A stretch of 63,257 nucleotides of DNA, the filler included, from Globobulimina sp. (taxonomy: Eukaryota): assembly GCA_003354225.1 (NCBI GenBank). It is 50 parts of 50 records of this genome, joined end to end, with 100 filler letters (N's around TTAATTAATTAA, not from the genome) between each part and the next. Parts side by side here need not be neighbours in the genome. Positions count along the whole stretch, not along the records: positions 11,413 to 12,580 come from PIVH01021834.1; positions 12,681 to 13,848 come from PIVH01021835.1; positions 13,949 to 15,116 come from PIVH01021836.1; positions 15,217 to 16,384 come from PIVH01021837.1; positions 16,485 to 17,652 come from PIVH01021838.1; positions 17,753 to 18,920 come from PIVH01021839.1; positions 19,021 to 20,188 come from PIVH01021840.1; positions 20,289 to 21,456 come from PIVH01021841.1; 42 more parts are not named here. The stretch is one strand, 5' to 3'. Each line of letters begins with the position of its first letter. The first letter of the stretch is position 1. The notes under the pieces are model-generated. The model searched no databases and was not told the origin of the DNA. It saw only the letters and a list, made by a program, of their open reading frames with translations. Positions 11,413 through 23,136 of this stretch are shown here, piece after piece. Made by a program: the position numbers and the translations under genes.

Positions 11413-12580
11413 GCTAATCTGATCGCTTTTTGTTGTACTAACTTGCCACGAAAGTCACAAATGGCAGATATCATCATCAGTACTTGGCATATTTTCATTT
11501 GTAGTTTTTCTTCCAATTCGAGCGAGCGATACTTTATTTTTTGAGTGCTTAAATGCCTTAACTTCTTTTTTTCTAATTTATCTTTTTCTGTCTCGTTTGC
11601 GTATTTATTTGGATCCCAATTATACCGCTCTGCGCGTCTGGTTTCTTCGCTTTTTTTTATTTTTATTTCGTCAATTTCTGATAAACCAATTTCCGAATCA
11701 ATAAAATGTTCAATTTTCTTATTTTCTGTATTTGTAAACGCCACAATTTGATAAATTAAATAAATACAACCTTCTTTGATCAATTCTTTTTGTATTAACT
11801 TTATTTTATCCGCTGTGCCAGCACGAGATTGTATAATTTCATCCTGTTTTGTTGGATTATTTGGCAATGATTTGGAAACCACTTTTTTTAATTTATGCAA
11901 TTGCCGCTCTTTGTCACTCATAAAACGGGAAACATCTTCTTTGGATAAACAGCAATTTAAAATTATAGTTAATAAGCCATGTCGCAATGATCTATTCTCT
12001 GCAAAATAGCGCGTTTCTGAGATAGAGACCAATAATTTCAATATCTCATTCTTATTATGAATGATACCCAGTTTTGTCTCAATATGTAATGATAAATAAG
12101 ATATTGTCTCTACGCACAAATTCATCAAAGGCACACAATAATTCTTATACTGCTCCTCCTGCTCACTCTCATTGTCACCATCAGCATCATCGCGTGGTGG
12201 TGGTTTAGTATTCTTTAATAAATAATGAATAATGGCACAACAGGATAACATGCATCTATTTGGTGGTGATCCGCCCAATGCCAATTCCCTTGAATCCTCA
12301 TCAATTGCTGGTATATAAAATTATATTTTATACTGTTTGGGATCGAATTATATATTAAAATACCTGCAAATTTTGACAAAGCATTGGCTGAGTACGCCCG
12401 GACCATCAAATCATTGGCATCCAATATCCAGGCAAATATATGCTGGTTATTACTTTTTATGATTGCTTCTCGAATTTGTGCATTGGAGCAGGACAATGCT
12501 AATACTTCGCAGCCTAAATAGCCAATTTCATCTATTTTATAATCTGGTTTTGCCTGATTGCCAGTGGCGACCTCAACAAT
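11413..12580 (-). CDS. UNC45: UNC-45/UCS-domain myosin chaperone, internal fragment; intron 12308-12363
   Basis: VRAYSANALSK, VETISYLSLHIETK, SLRHGLLTIILN, KELIKEGCI and ICQVLMMISAICDFRGKLVQQ align with the UCS pattern EGLAYLTL..VK / VLYGVATTLVN / RGTIVQQG. Confidence 0.75.
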
Positions 12581-12680
12581 NNNNNNNNNNNNNNNNNNNN
12601 NNNNNNNNNNNNNNNNNNNNNNNNTTAATTAATTAANNNNNNNNNNNNNNNNNNNNNNNNNNNNNNNNNNNNNNNNNNNN

Positions 12681-13848
12681 TCAATAGTTGTGTCTGTAGT
12701 GTCTTTGGGTAAAAGCTGGAAAAATACGGAACCAAATAAATAAAATGCATCAAACAAAAAAATCCCATTGTTTACAAAAATGGATTATAAATACGCGCGA
12801 CAAAAATGAAACACATTTATGGGACATACTTGAATATATTATTACTATTATCATCATCAACATCTTTAAATATATCCTCCATCGTTTGCTGTGTATTTGG
12901 CGATTCCAGCACTGCATTATCTTCCTCCTCCACATCAACACCGCCACCGCCAATAATACCATTCAAATACACATAAATCTGCGGATCATAATCCAAGTTA
13001 TTCTCTTTTATGTCACTCTCCAAAGCACGCTTCAATTTGTTCAATTCGTCATCGGTCAGCGAGTTGATAATGTTCTGAGTCTCTTGCGCCAATTCTTCGT
13101 CATCATAGTCATTAATGCCAGTCTTTAATATGCCTCGGTTCTCCAACTCGTCCACACCCGATCTATTCTTCATAGCTGCATTCAGCGTATCTTTCCTTTG
13201 CGAGTTCTTCAACGAATCTGCATTTGCCTGCAACACAGGCGATATTCCGCGGTTCTTCTTTATACCCCGACTGTATAATTGCTCTTCATCCACTTCTTCC
13301 ACTTCTAAAAATTGCTTTAATTTATCTTTCTTCTGCTGCGTCTCTAGCGTTTTTACAGTCGCTTGCAATGAATCCGCCACCGTTTGCTTGCCTAATATGC
13401 CGAGTTCAGCCAACTTATTTGAATCCGATCTCGCTCGCATGCCTTTGGATAATTTGTCTCGCTTATGAGCCCGCGCTAAATTGGTGGCATTATCTTGCAA
13501 CGAATCGGCCTATAAATACATAAAAAAATCATAATATCAACAAAATATACAAATTTTAATAGCGTATGCATACCATTCCTTTATTTTTCTTGATGCCAGC
13601 TTCATATAACTCCTTTTCTTCCACTCTATCAGTCATATTTTGTTTTAATTTATCTTTCTTTTGCTGAGTTTCTAATGTTTTCACAGTGGCTTGCAATGAA
13701 TCAGCCACTGTCGGACTGCCTAATATGCCGCGTTCAGTCAATTTATTCGCGTCTTCCCGTCCCCTCATTCCTTTCGCTAACTTATCTTTCTTCTGTTCAA
13801 GCGCTAATTTGGTAGCATTGTCTTGCAATGAATCCGCCTGAAAAACAA
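12681..13848 (-). CDS. RPEL-repeat (G-actin-binding) protein, internal fragment; introns 13510-13573 and 12716-12829
   Basis: Tandem repeats LxxxM/LxxRxxxxxLxxxGIL (KLTERGIL, KLAELGIL, ELENRGIL). Two near-duplicate exons both begin ADSLQDNAT. Confidence 0.8.
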
Positions 13849-14210
13849 NNNNNNNNNNNNNNNNNNNNNNNNNNNNNNNNNNNNNNNNNNNNTTAATTAA
13901 TTAANNNNNNNNNNNNNNNNNNNNNNNNNNNNNNNNNNNNNNNNNNNNTTAGAATTTTGAGTTTAGATTTTTGTACATTTTAGCATATTAGAAACGTGTT
14001 TTCCGAGACAAGAAACGTGTTTTCAAATAAAAAAACATTGTTAAAAACAAATAACTACAATATCTTTACTACTCCGTGCTAATATTTAAATGGAAGCTAT
14101 GACAGATTGCAAAAATGTCGAACCAACCGTTAAAAATGAAAATGCATCATCAGTTAATTTACAATTAACCCCTCATTAAATGATAAATAACCAAATAATA
14201 CACAAAATAG

Positions 14211-15116
14211 GCCGATAGCAATCAGGAAAATAAGATTCTAGAATTAGAGAAAGATAATCATGCGTTAGTAACTCAAATAAAAAATTTGCAGGTTGAAACA
14301 CAACAATTTACCATTAATATAAAACAATTAGTTCAAGAAAAAGAGAAATTACATCAACGAATTGATTCAATTAATGATAATCAATCCGTGCATTTAAGTA
14401 AAATCGGTAAACTCGAAATAATTAATAGCGAATATGTGAATGAAGTGCGATTATTAAACGAAGACATAAAAAATTTAAAAGATGATTTTAAAAACAAATC
14501 CGTCGGCAATACACAAAAAATAACAAATTTAGAAAAATCTCTAAATGAAATGACCAAACAATGTGAGAGCATATCGCATGAAATTGACGAGAAATCGGAA
14601 ATAATCGATAACATAACAATGAATGCGAACAATTTAAGGAAACAATGCGAAACCTTCGTGCTTGCAAATAAACAAAAACAATCCGAAACTGATCAATTAT
14701 TGGCGCAAATTAAAGAAATTAACACAAATAAAACAAATTTAAATGAAATTATTCAGGATTTGAACTCTAAAAATAATACATTAAAAGAGGAGAATGAGTC
14801 CAATCAAATAATTATAAGCAACACAAATAAACAAATTAGTGATATGACGCAAGAAATAAATAATATCACAGCAATGAAGCAAGAATTAGAAAATAAATCA
14901 AATGAAAACATTGAACAAATCAAGACCATGAAAACAGAGATTAAGAAACATGAAATTATAAAAAGTGGTTATAGAAAAAATAAAAATGAACAAAACGAAC
15001 AAATGCAAGCATTACGAACTGAATTAAAGGAATTATCCATAAAACATCAGCAATTAAATGAAAATATATCCGGTAAACAGAAAGAAACCGACAGCCAAAA
15101 TGAAGAAATTTCAACA
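14211..15116 (+). CDS. Long coiled-coil protein, fragment
   Basis: About 300 aa of E/K/N/Q-rich heptads. The frame opens after a probable acceptor AATAG|G at 14210. Confidence 0.65.
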
Positions 15117-15570
15117 NNNNNNNNNNNNNNNNNNNNNNNNNNNNNNNNNNNNNNNNNNNNTTAATTAATTAANNNNNNNNNNNNNNNNNNNNNNNNNNNN
15201 NNNNNNNNNNNNNNNNTTAATATTTGTGTTTGTTTGTTGTTTTTTTTGTCGTTTTGCTTTTTATCTTTTTGTTTGAAATTTCAGTTCTTCGTCTTACATT
15301 ATTTTTGGAAGTAAAGTATTAAATGCAAGATGTTATGTGTTTAATTTGATGAAAATTTATAGAATAAAACAAGAAAAACAAATTAACGGTCTTCATAAAA
15401 ATTTCTGTCCTTTTAGTAGTGGGTTAAAATTCAGTCAGGACGTAAGTCCGACTCCAGGCTCACAGATTGCTGAAACATCCCTGTGAGATTAAAAATGTAC
15501 CCAAAGGAGGATCCGGGGTTTACTGTAAAGCTTTTCAGCTTTGCACCGCGTAGTGAGTTTATCGTGGTTA

Positions 15571-15830
15571 TTAATAAATTATACTATTCATTGGATGTAT
15601 TCTGCCAATATTGGCCATTTTATCAGCTATTCCGTTGAAAACATGCTCAAATGGTTTGGTGTGGGCTTTTACCTTCCACAGTATTACGTGCGCATCAATG
15701 ATAAACTTTTGTGTGTGTTTATATAGGGATTTATATTTCATTTTGTTGGCATTTCGTGGTGTTATTAGTAGGGAGAGGAAATTGGACATGGAGTTTGCTT
15801 TCCGAAGATTTTTCCGTTGCATGCTTACCT
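15571..15830 (-). mobile_element. RNase H C-terminal fragment, probably the 3' end of a 5'-truncated non-LTR retrotransposon ORF
   Basis: HVILWKVKAHTKPFEHVFNGIADKMANIG matches the RNase HI end motif V-K-A-H...N-x-x-A-D-x-x-A-x-x-G. It is followed by a structured non-coding tail and an A-rich tract. Confidence 0.65.
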
Positions 15831-15842
15831 TACAGTACTAGA

Positions 15843-16384
15843 ATGAAATTACATTTATGCTATTTCTTATTATTACCATTGATGAGATGTTCCAACAGTG
15901 ATGATATATCCATATACCCTACGACTGAACCAACATTGGAACCAACAATACCTACACCATTACCAGCAACAAAATACATATCAAACAATACCATGTACGC
16001 ATTACCATACATTGGATTTGAATTATATTTGGCAATCGCTTTATTCATAATATTATGTTTTGCTATAATTTGTTTGATTGTGATGTGCAAAACATTTAAT
16101 ATCAATAAAGATATCACAGAAAACAATTTTCGAAATCAAATTAAAAATAATCGATATATTGGCTCTTTTCAAAGTATCCATACCACCTCAGACAAAATAC
16201 TGGTAACATCGCACAGAAACATTAATGCAGAAACCAACAACACCGACAATGGTTTGCAAGATCCCGTTTTTCATATTATTTTAGACGAAAAAACAGAGCC
16301 AAAATGTAGTAGAAATAATAAAGTAGCTCAAGATGGAAAAAACGTTGTTATCGAAACGATGCCAAAAACGAAAATTCTATTAGA
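15843..16384 (+). CDS. Type I membrane protein: signal peptide, P/T-rich stalk, one TM helix; 3' truncated
   Basis: MKLHLCYFLLLPLMRC signal, YPTTEPTLEPTIPTPLP stalk, LYLAIALFIILCFAIICLIVMC TM helix. Confidence 0.75.
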
Positions 16385-17752
16385 NNNNNNNNNNNNNNNN
16401 NNNNNNNNNNNNNNNNNNNNNNNNNNNNTTAATTAATTAANNNNNNNNNNNNNNNNNNNNNNNNNNNNNNNNNNNNNNNNNNNNTCATTCATTTCAAGAT
16501 TAAATGCATCACTCTCATCATAAAAGCGTTCCCAATCAAATCTCGAATAAATGGTTAAAAGCATATGAAATCCCGCAGAATTCAGCAATAACATTAAATC
16601 ATATATTATCTATTTTATTTTATACAATTTTTACAAATCTACAAAATGAATTTTAAAAATCCGCAGAATCCGCAAAATCGCAAAATTTGCACAATCCTCA
16701 AAATCTGAGCGTTACCGCTCCCAACTGTAACAAGACTTCATATGTTATAATAGAATATATAAATCTGGAAACGCTTATGGTTTAAATGGTATAATGGATC
16801 CAAATAATTCAACTAATATATTACATGATGTATAATATCAAAATCAACGAATTAAATTGCATATATTTAAACATAATAAATCAGAAACAATAAATTAATT
16901 ATAACGATTAAAATAAATTCAAATCAATGGAAAATCAGATGAAACTCAATTAAAATGCTTTTAAATTAATCAAAAGATGCAAATCCAATCATAATCAATG
17001 TGGTTTCAATTATAATTAATTTGAAAATCAAATATAATCAATGCAAATTCAGGCAAAACAACTCCGAATAATTAATTAAATCCAAATTAAATACAACACA
17101 CAAGTTACAAATCACAATGTATTTTATTAATACAAATAATTCAAACTGATTTCCAAAATCCAAATATTAAAAGCAAAGAGCGAATAAATGCATCATTTCA
17201 AGTTTTGAAATCAAGGAAGAAGCTCGAACGTTACATTTCATTCTTGTTTATGGGATTCTGAATTTCTGATCAATTAAATATGAATTACAGCACGTACATT
17301 GAGAAAAAGAATGAGATGAAATGGCCATCAATCATTTAGAGAGATTATCCAATGATACCAAACTGGTCCACATTGAAACAAACCGCAAATATCTCATAAA
17401 TACATATCTCAAATGAGCTAGCTTTTTGCATGAAGTCGGAACCTCAATGGCAGCCCTTTATAATTATATCGCGATGCCCCTCTCATTCTATTAATTGAAG
17501 CAGTTTGCAATGGATATTCGCTTAATTCGCTTCGAATTATTATATTATGTACATACTATATAGTGATTGGATTGGATCGGGTCGCTTCGGATCTGATCGC
17601 AAATATATTAATTCTCAAATATTGTAGCTAGCACATTCATATTGTTCCAATTNNNNNNNNNNNNNNNNNNNNNNNNNNNNNNNNNNNNNNNNNNNNTTAA
17701 TTAATTAANNNNNNNNNNNNNNNNNNNNNNNNNNNNNNNNNNNNNNNNNNNN

Positions 17753-18337
17753 GAAATGCATGAGTTGAAAAGGGGAGCACTGGATATTGATATTGGAGCA
17801 AAAGAGAGATCAAAGTTTCTTGCAAACCCAAACATAAACATTAAAAATAGAGCAACATCAAGCAATTCAACGGCAAGCAGTCAATATAATTCAGAATGGA
17901 GTCAATTGTCACTAAAATCAAATAATAAAACAATCCCTATCTCAATGCGTGATTTAATTTTATCAAATAAAAATTCTGAATCATCGACATTTACACAAGA
18001 TATGGCTTCAAAGGATATTGCAAAGTATACAGATATTACATTGAGTCAATACCATGGTTCAAACGCAATTTCAACGAAACGAATTCCAAAGAAACCACTT
18101 CCAATGGCGAGTGCAAACAGAGCAGTACCAAGAAAAACACACAGCAATCAATTTACAATGAAACCAATGCCAAATAAATCACTTCCATTCCCAGCAAAAT
18201 TATTATCCACTTCTGCATCGACCTCTGTTTCTGCGTCTCCCTCTGATTTCGTTGCAATTCAAGCAATCATCGGATCTGTGCCACACAACAACGTTGAATT
18301 TGTACATGTGCTATCACCAAATAATGACAATGTATAA
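17753..18337 (+). CDS. Ser/Pro-rich low-complexity protein, C-terminal fragment
   Basis: 193-aa open frame from the contig edge to a stop; no domain recognised. Confidence 0.55.
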   Translation, partial: EMHELKRGALDIDIGAKERSKFLANPNINIKNRATSSNSTASSQYNSEWSQLSLKSNNKTIPISMRDLILSNKNSESSTFTQDMASKDIAKYTDITLSQYHGSNAISTKRIPKKPLPMASANRAVPRKTHSNQFTMKPMPNKSLPFPAKLLSTSASTSVSASPSDFVAIQAIIGSVPHNNVEFVHVLSPNNDNV

Positions 18338-18435
18338 CATGATTGAATAGATTTAGTTTTTTTATTATAAATAATTAATTAAAAAATTGTTTGGTTTTTT
18401 TTTTGGGTGAGTTTTTGCATGTTTTTAGCAATTAA

Positions 18436-18920
18436 ATGGCACAACAAACAGAGTCCACAGGCACAGGGATTGATAATTCACGTTATTCACAATATGTAAA
18501 TCTAAAACAATATAAAAATGATCAAGTCGTGCAACAAACCTATAACAAGGATACGCAGGAAGCAAACATAAAACAAGTGTATAAAGTATCAGTAACAGAA
18601 TTAACACCACAAATATTTATTGGCACTCAATGGCAGGCACATGATACAAAAACAATGCTTGGTTTGGGAATAACTCATTTAATAAGTTGTATTTCTGATG
18701 ATTGGGACTTTGTTAATAATCTCAAGAAATTGGAAGAAAATCGCATTGTGATTGGTGAAATGCAAACAGATGAAAATAAATATGATGATAATAAGTTACC
18801 ACTGAATGAGATATTAAATAATTATGTAATTCCATTTGTTGACGTTGTTTTAAAAGAAAAAAATAATAAAATATTAATATATTGCAATTCTGCAACAAAC
18901 ATTTCGCCGACGATTGCAAT
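18436..18920 (+). CDS. Dual-specificity phosphatase-fold protein with a degenerate active site, 3' truncated
   Basis: TELTPQIFIG, LGITHLISC and KILIYCNSATNISPTIA correspond to DSP VLVHCxxGxSRSxT. Confidence 0.75.
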
Positions 18921-19020
18921 NNNNNNNNNNNNNNNNNNNNNNNNNNNNNNNNNNNNNNNNNNNNTTAATTAATTAANNNNNNNNNNNNNNNNNNNNNNNN
19001 NNNNNNNNNNNNNNNNNNNN

Positions 19021-19261
19021 TCAACTTTGGACAGATCCTGTGGTTAACAGTGGTTTTTCAGATTATTAATATTTATATCAGAAAAGCATTAACCAAAAGA
19101 CGGTCACATACTGTTTCAATAATTGTTATGAATTTAGAATTTAATTTAGATTCCTTTTGTGTTGTTTGTGTAGATTGAGTGTTTGATAATATCTTAATGA
19201 TATGTTTCAATACATCATAGGATATATATTGAGTTCTCCATTTCCATACAGTATTTTGCAT
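19021..19261 (-). CDS. SPX-domain protein, N-terminal fragment; intron about 19038-19111
   Basis: WRTQYISYDVLKHIIK is the SPX helix 1-2 signature. Splicing gives FITIIET|DLSKV. True start unresolved. Confidence 0.7.
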
Positions 19262-19773
19262 AATAACTTGATCAGTTAAAAACAGCTTAAATTATAAATC
19301 TTTCGACAGTAATGGATGGGATCTTGAAAAGACAAATACCAAGATTCAAATAAATAGTCCAAAATAATCAAACAATTAATTCATATAGATTCTGTACAAA
19401 CAAACATTCACAAACACAAACTATAATTCTGGGAGGTCATAAACGATAATGTGAAAGAAAGCTCTTCGAAAATTGTTTCATTTACCTTATTTTCTAACGC
19501 TACAGCACAATAAATATGGCCAATTTTCATTGTGGTGGTCGGATTTTTCCAATTTTTGTAGCGTCGTAATTTTTCATTAAATATGTGGCACCGCAAAATC
19601 GGCATTTAGGAAATACCAAGGCGGAGACAAATTCTTTTTGGTTTTTGGAATTGCACGAAGAGATGCTACGGTCCAAGGGACCAACAGTACACACTCCTCA
19701 TTGTCTATGAAGGAAGTCAAGAAAGGGAATATTTGTTTTGAAAGGGGTAAATAAAAATTAATATAATATTAAT

Positions 19774-20188
19774 TCAATCCGTTGAAACTGTAACTGCTGT
19801 GAAGTCAGTCAAAGTCACTACACTCATTGAAATATCTGCATTCAGGCTCTCTTCAGGAATCACTGATAACTCCTTTCGTGATAACTCCTTTCGGTGGAAT
19901 TTGATATCCTTCGGGTCATGACCTGTCGGACTGGTCGGACTGCTCTGACTGCTCGGACTAATTACCTGCACAGATAAACGTGAGTTATATACATCCAATT
20001 TCTTCTCAAAAAACTTCTGTAAACAACCAAACACGTACTGCATTATACAGCTTATCGCCAAATGGGAAAAACATAAACACTAAAAATCCGTCCACTGCAG
20101 AAAAGATCGGATTTGTGGTGTAATATATATCGTTTGCAATTGCTGCTTTGAGACAAAAATGTAAACCCGGTTTTAACAGCAAACTAAC
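19774..20188 (-). CDS. C-terminus of a multi-pass membrane protein with an apparent 4-nt frameshift at 20035-20038
   Basis: NPIFSAVDGFLVFMFFPFGDKLYNA in one frame continues as VFGCLQKFFEKKL... in another. Confidence 0.45.
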
Positions 20189-20288
20189 NNNNNNNNNNNN
20201 NNNNNNNNNNNNNNNNNNNNNNNNNNNNNNNNTTAATTAATTAANNNNNNNNNNNNNNNNNNNNNNNNNNNNNNNNNNNNNNNNNNNN

Positions 20289-21179
20289 CAGCTCATTCTC
20301 CACAATCAAATCGCTCATTTTCTCTTTTTTATTAAAATCCAAATGATCACACTTTGATAAAACAATATGAAATAAATCATATCCCATCATCACGAATACT
20401 TTGGCTAAATAGGGCGATATCAAATGGACATAATAATCATTATATAAACAATCGCCCAGCCAATAGGTTATATTTTGCCATTCATCTTCTTCTATTTCAT
20501 ACATACACAATGTCAACACAGCTGGATCGAAATTGCCTATATTTGTTTTGGAATTAGCCGTCCAAACATCCATCTCATTGCCAGATGACGCATTCGAAGC
20601 AGTGGAGGATGGAATGGATGCCAATGATGTGCAGGATTCGGATAGCAAGGAATTAATAGAAATACGGTGCGATTGGTGTATATCGCTGATTAATGCCAAG
20701 TGTATCTGCAGATTGCCGGCAGATATGGCTCTGGAGAAATAATTCACAAACTCGCTATCTGTAATTACTTCTGATGTTAACATGATTTGTAAGCCTTGAT
20801 ATAGTGTATGGATAGAATTATAATTTCGTTGTGGTATTTCATTTAATTTTGTATAATGTATGGATGTATTTGCGCCTTTATCCAATAGCAATGCAATGCA
20901 ATCATAGATTTTAAAACAAACAGACCAATTATTGCTACGTGCGTATAAATAAAATTGTTTACATAATATATGTATGACGGAGGAGCAGGTTTTATTCGAT
21001 ATCGATGATTTGCCAGAATATGGATCGTTTAATGCATCATATAAACATAATGGATCATTAAAGGCGGCGATTATTCTACGTAGTTTCTTGTAAAATGCAT
21101 CCCAATATTCCATATTTGTTGAGTCGGATTTATTTGTTTTTAATGTATGTTTTAATGAGGATTTTATTAATTTTTGCAT
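20289..21179 (-). CDS. Hypothetical protein fragment with weak ankyrin-like character
   Basis: About 297-aa open frame; IALLLDKGANTSI is ankyrin-like. Confidence 0.55.
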
Positions 21180-21181
21180 TC

Positions 21182-21456
21182 TATATTTTGGTGGTTTGCG
21201 ATGAGATTGGGAGTCATGGAGGCACCTACAAAACGGCAGACAAAATGAAGTCCTTGACGACCGATGCCAATCAATCGGTCGAGTTGAAGCAAAAAGAGGT
21301 TACTCAATTCAATACACCCTGTCGCTTTATTTTTTTGACCAACCACGAACACGGCACACTTCGCCTCGAACCCAAGGATCGTCGGTACCCTTGTTTCACT
21401 ACTTCCACACGCAATGCCAACAATAGGGTCTATTTCAAAGAAAAAATCAAATACCA
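21182..21456 (+). CDS. SF3 helicase (D5-like primase-helicase) fragment of viral, phage or Polinton type
   Basis: Walker B ILVVCDE, MKSLTTD..SVELKQK, motif C FIFLTNH and arginine finger DRRY. GC is visibly higher than in the adjoining host ORF. Confidence 0.8.
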
Positions 21457-21556
21457 NNNNNNNNNNNNNNNNNNNNNNNNNNNNNNNNNNNNNNNNNNNN
21501 TTAATTAATTAANNNNNNNNNNNNNNNNNNNNNNNNNNNNNNNNNNNNNNNNNNNN

Positions 21557-22708
21557 CACTTTGCTACTCTTTTAGCACCATATAATAATCCTGCTCCTAT
21601 GTATTTTCCTAATCTTATATTGACAGCATTGCCCATTCCAACAGACGTCATGGTTATAAACGTATTCAATGAAGCGCAGACCACTGTAGATGCCACAACA
21701 AGCGATGGATTGGCGATAAAACCCGAGAAAACAACTAACATTTCCGATATGATCCATGTCATTGAACTTTGGGCTACACAGAATATTAGTAATAACTATA
21801 TATATATATATATGTGTCATACCTAAACCAGGCAGCGCCAGCAATATATATTGTTTCATGCCATCAAATTGAAATACTTCACTGAATGGCAATGGTATGA
21901 ATACCCAACAGTACCCTTTATAAACTAAACTAATAAAAGTCAACAATAATGAAAGGAAAAAAGATATATCGATAACAATCGCCGTTCCAATATATCCAAA
22001 GTCCAAATAATATACAAATAAATAATTTAATGGCAAGGCCAACACCGCAGGAATTAATACCGAATAAAATAAATATGTGTTGAAATCAAGTGCTTGGCCA
22101 ATACGTTGGCAGATAGTTAACAACACTGAGCCATAAATCATTGGTATTAAAGCACGACAATATATTGATATCACCTCACAAAATTCGTTTGGCTCACCAA
22201 TGAGACACATTATCTCACCACCAAAGAATTGCATTACTGTTGCAACCATGGCGACACACAGACAAACCCAAAATGCTCGCTGAACATGGATGGCCATTAG
22301 TTGTGGTTGATCAGCTCCCAAACATTGTGGAATCAATATGCTATATACAGCATATTGTAATTTATAAATCTATATATTTACATACATATTAACTTACTAT
22401 AATGCAGAGCTAAATGCCCATGCTTGAGCCAAACCCATTACATTGCAAAATGTCCGCGCCAAACCACATGCGGACAACAAAAACGATGCATTGTTGAGGT
22501 GTCCAATAAAAATATTTGATAATATTTGTGGAAATAGCTCAGCAATATTGGATAATGCTATTTTTATAAAAATTGATAAAATTATTTTCATTTCTTGACC
22601 TAATGTTTGCGAGGCAATGAACGATGCGTTTGGTTTTGTTGAGTGGTCGTCCAATAGTTCAGTATTGCTGTTGATACTGTCATTCGCAGCTGTCGACCTC
22701 CTTGCCAT
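21557..22708 (-). CDS. MATE family efflux transporter, 3' truncated; introns 22341-22397 and 21774-21822
   Basis: IFIGHL, LSACGLARTFCNVMG, LIPQCLGA, LDFGYIGTAI, ILLALPG, GMGNAVNIRLGKYIGAG. Both GT-AG introns restore the frame. Confidence 0.92.
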
Positions 22709-22824
22709 TTTAGAGCTACTTCGTNNNNNNNNNNNNNNNNNNNNNNNNNNNNNNNNNNNNNNNNNNNNTTAATTAATTAANNNNNNNNNNNNNNNNNNNN
22801 NNNNNNNNNNNNNNNNNNNNNNNN

Positions 22825-23136
22825 GTCGTCATCTCCACTCCGAGCGAGCGAGCCGCACTTAATAACAACGACGCGTTCTCCAAAACGGCTTTGTCGCTCA
22901 ACGGATACGGATCGAAGGGGTCGGGATAATTTATCACCCGCTTATCCATATAATCGTCGTCGATCTGACTGATCAAATCGCATGACATGGTGCCGTCGTA
23001 AAACACAGACAAAATGTGGTGATTATCCAGCGCCGGAACCGGGAAATACAAATATGTCGCCACGCCCATGTCGTCCGTATTGGGATGGTGCAACACGCGG
23101 TCACAATAACTCGCAATTTCAATCTCAAATTCATTC
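22825..23136 (-). CDS. Fimbrin/plastin-type calponin-homology domain exon
   Basis: FYDGTMSCDLISQIDDDYMDKRVIN...LENASLLLSAARSLGV matches the fimbrin CH1 pattern DG..L..LIN...D.R.IN...EN..L.L.SA..IG. Confidence 0.7.

Noticed and set aside
15395..15445. Hammerhead ribozyme (CTGACTGA...GAAA on the minus strand)
   Set aside because: Core is not CUGANGA and the three required stems could not be built.
16485..17652. AT-rich contig with short CCGCAGAAT/CGCAAAAT repeats
   Set aside because: No ORF, RNA gene or bounded element could be supported.
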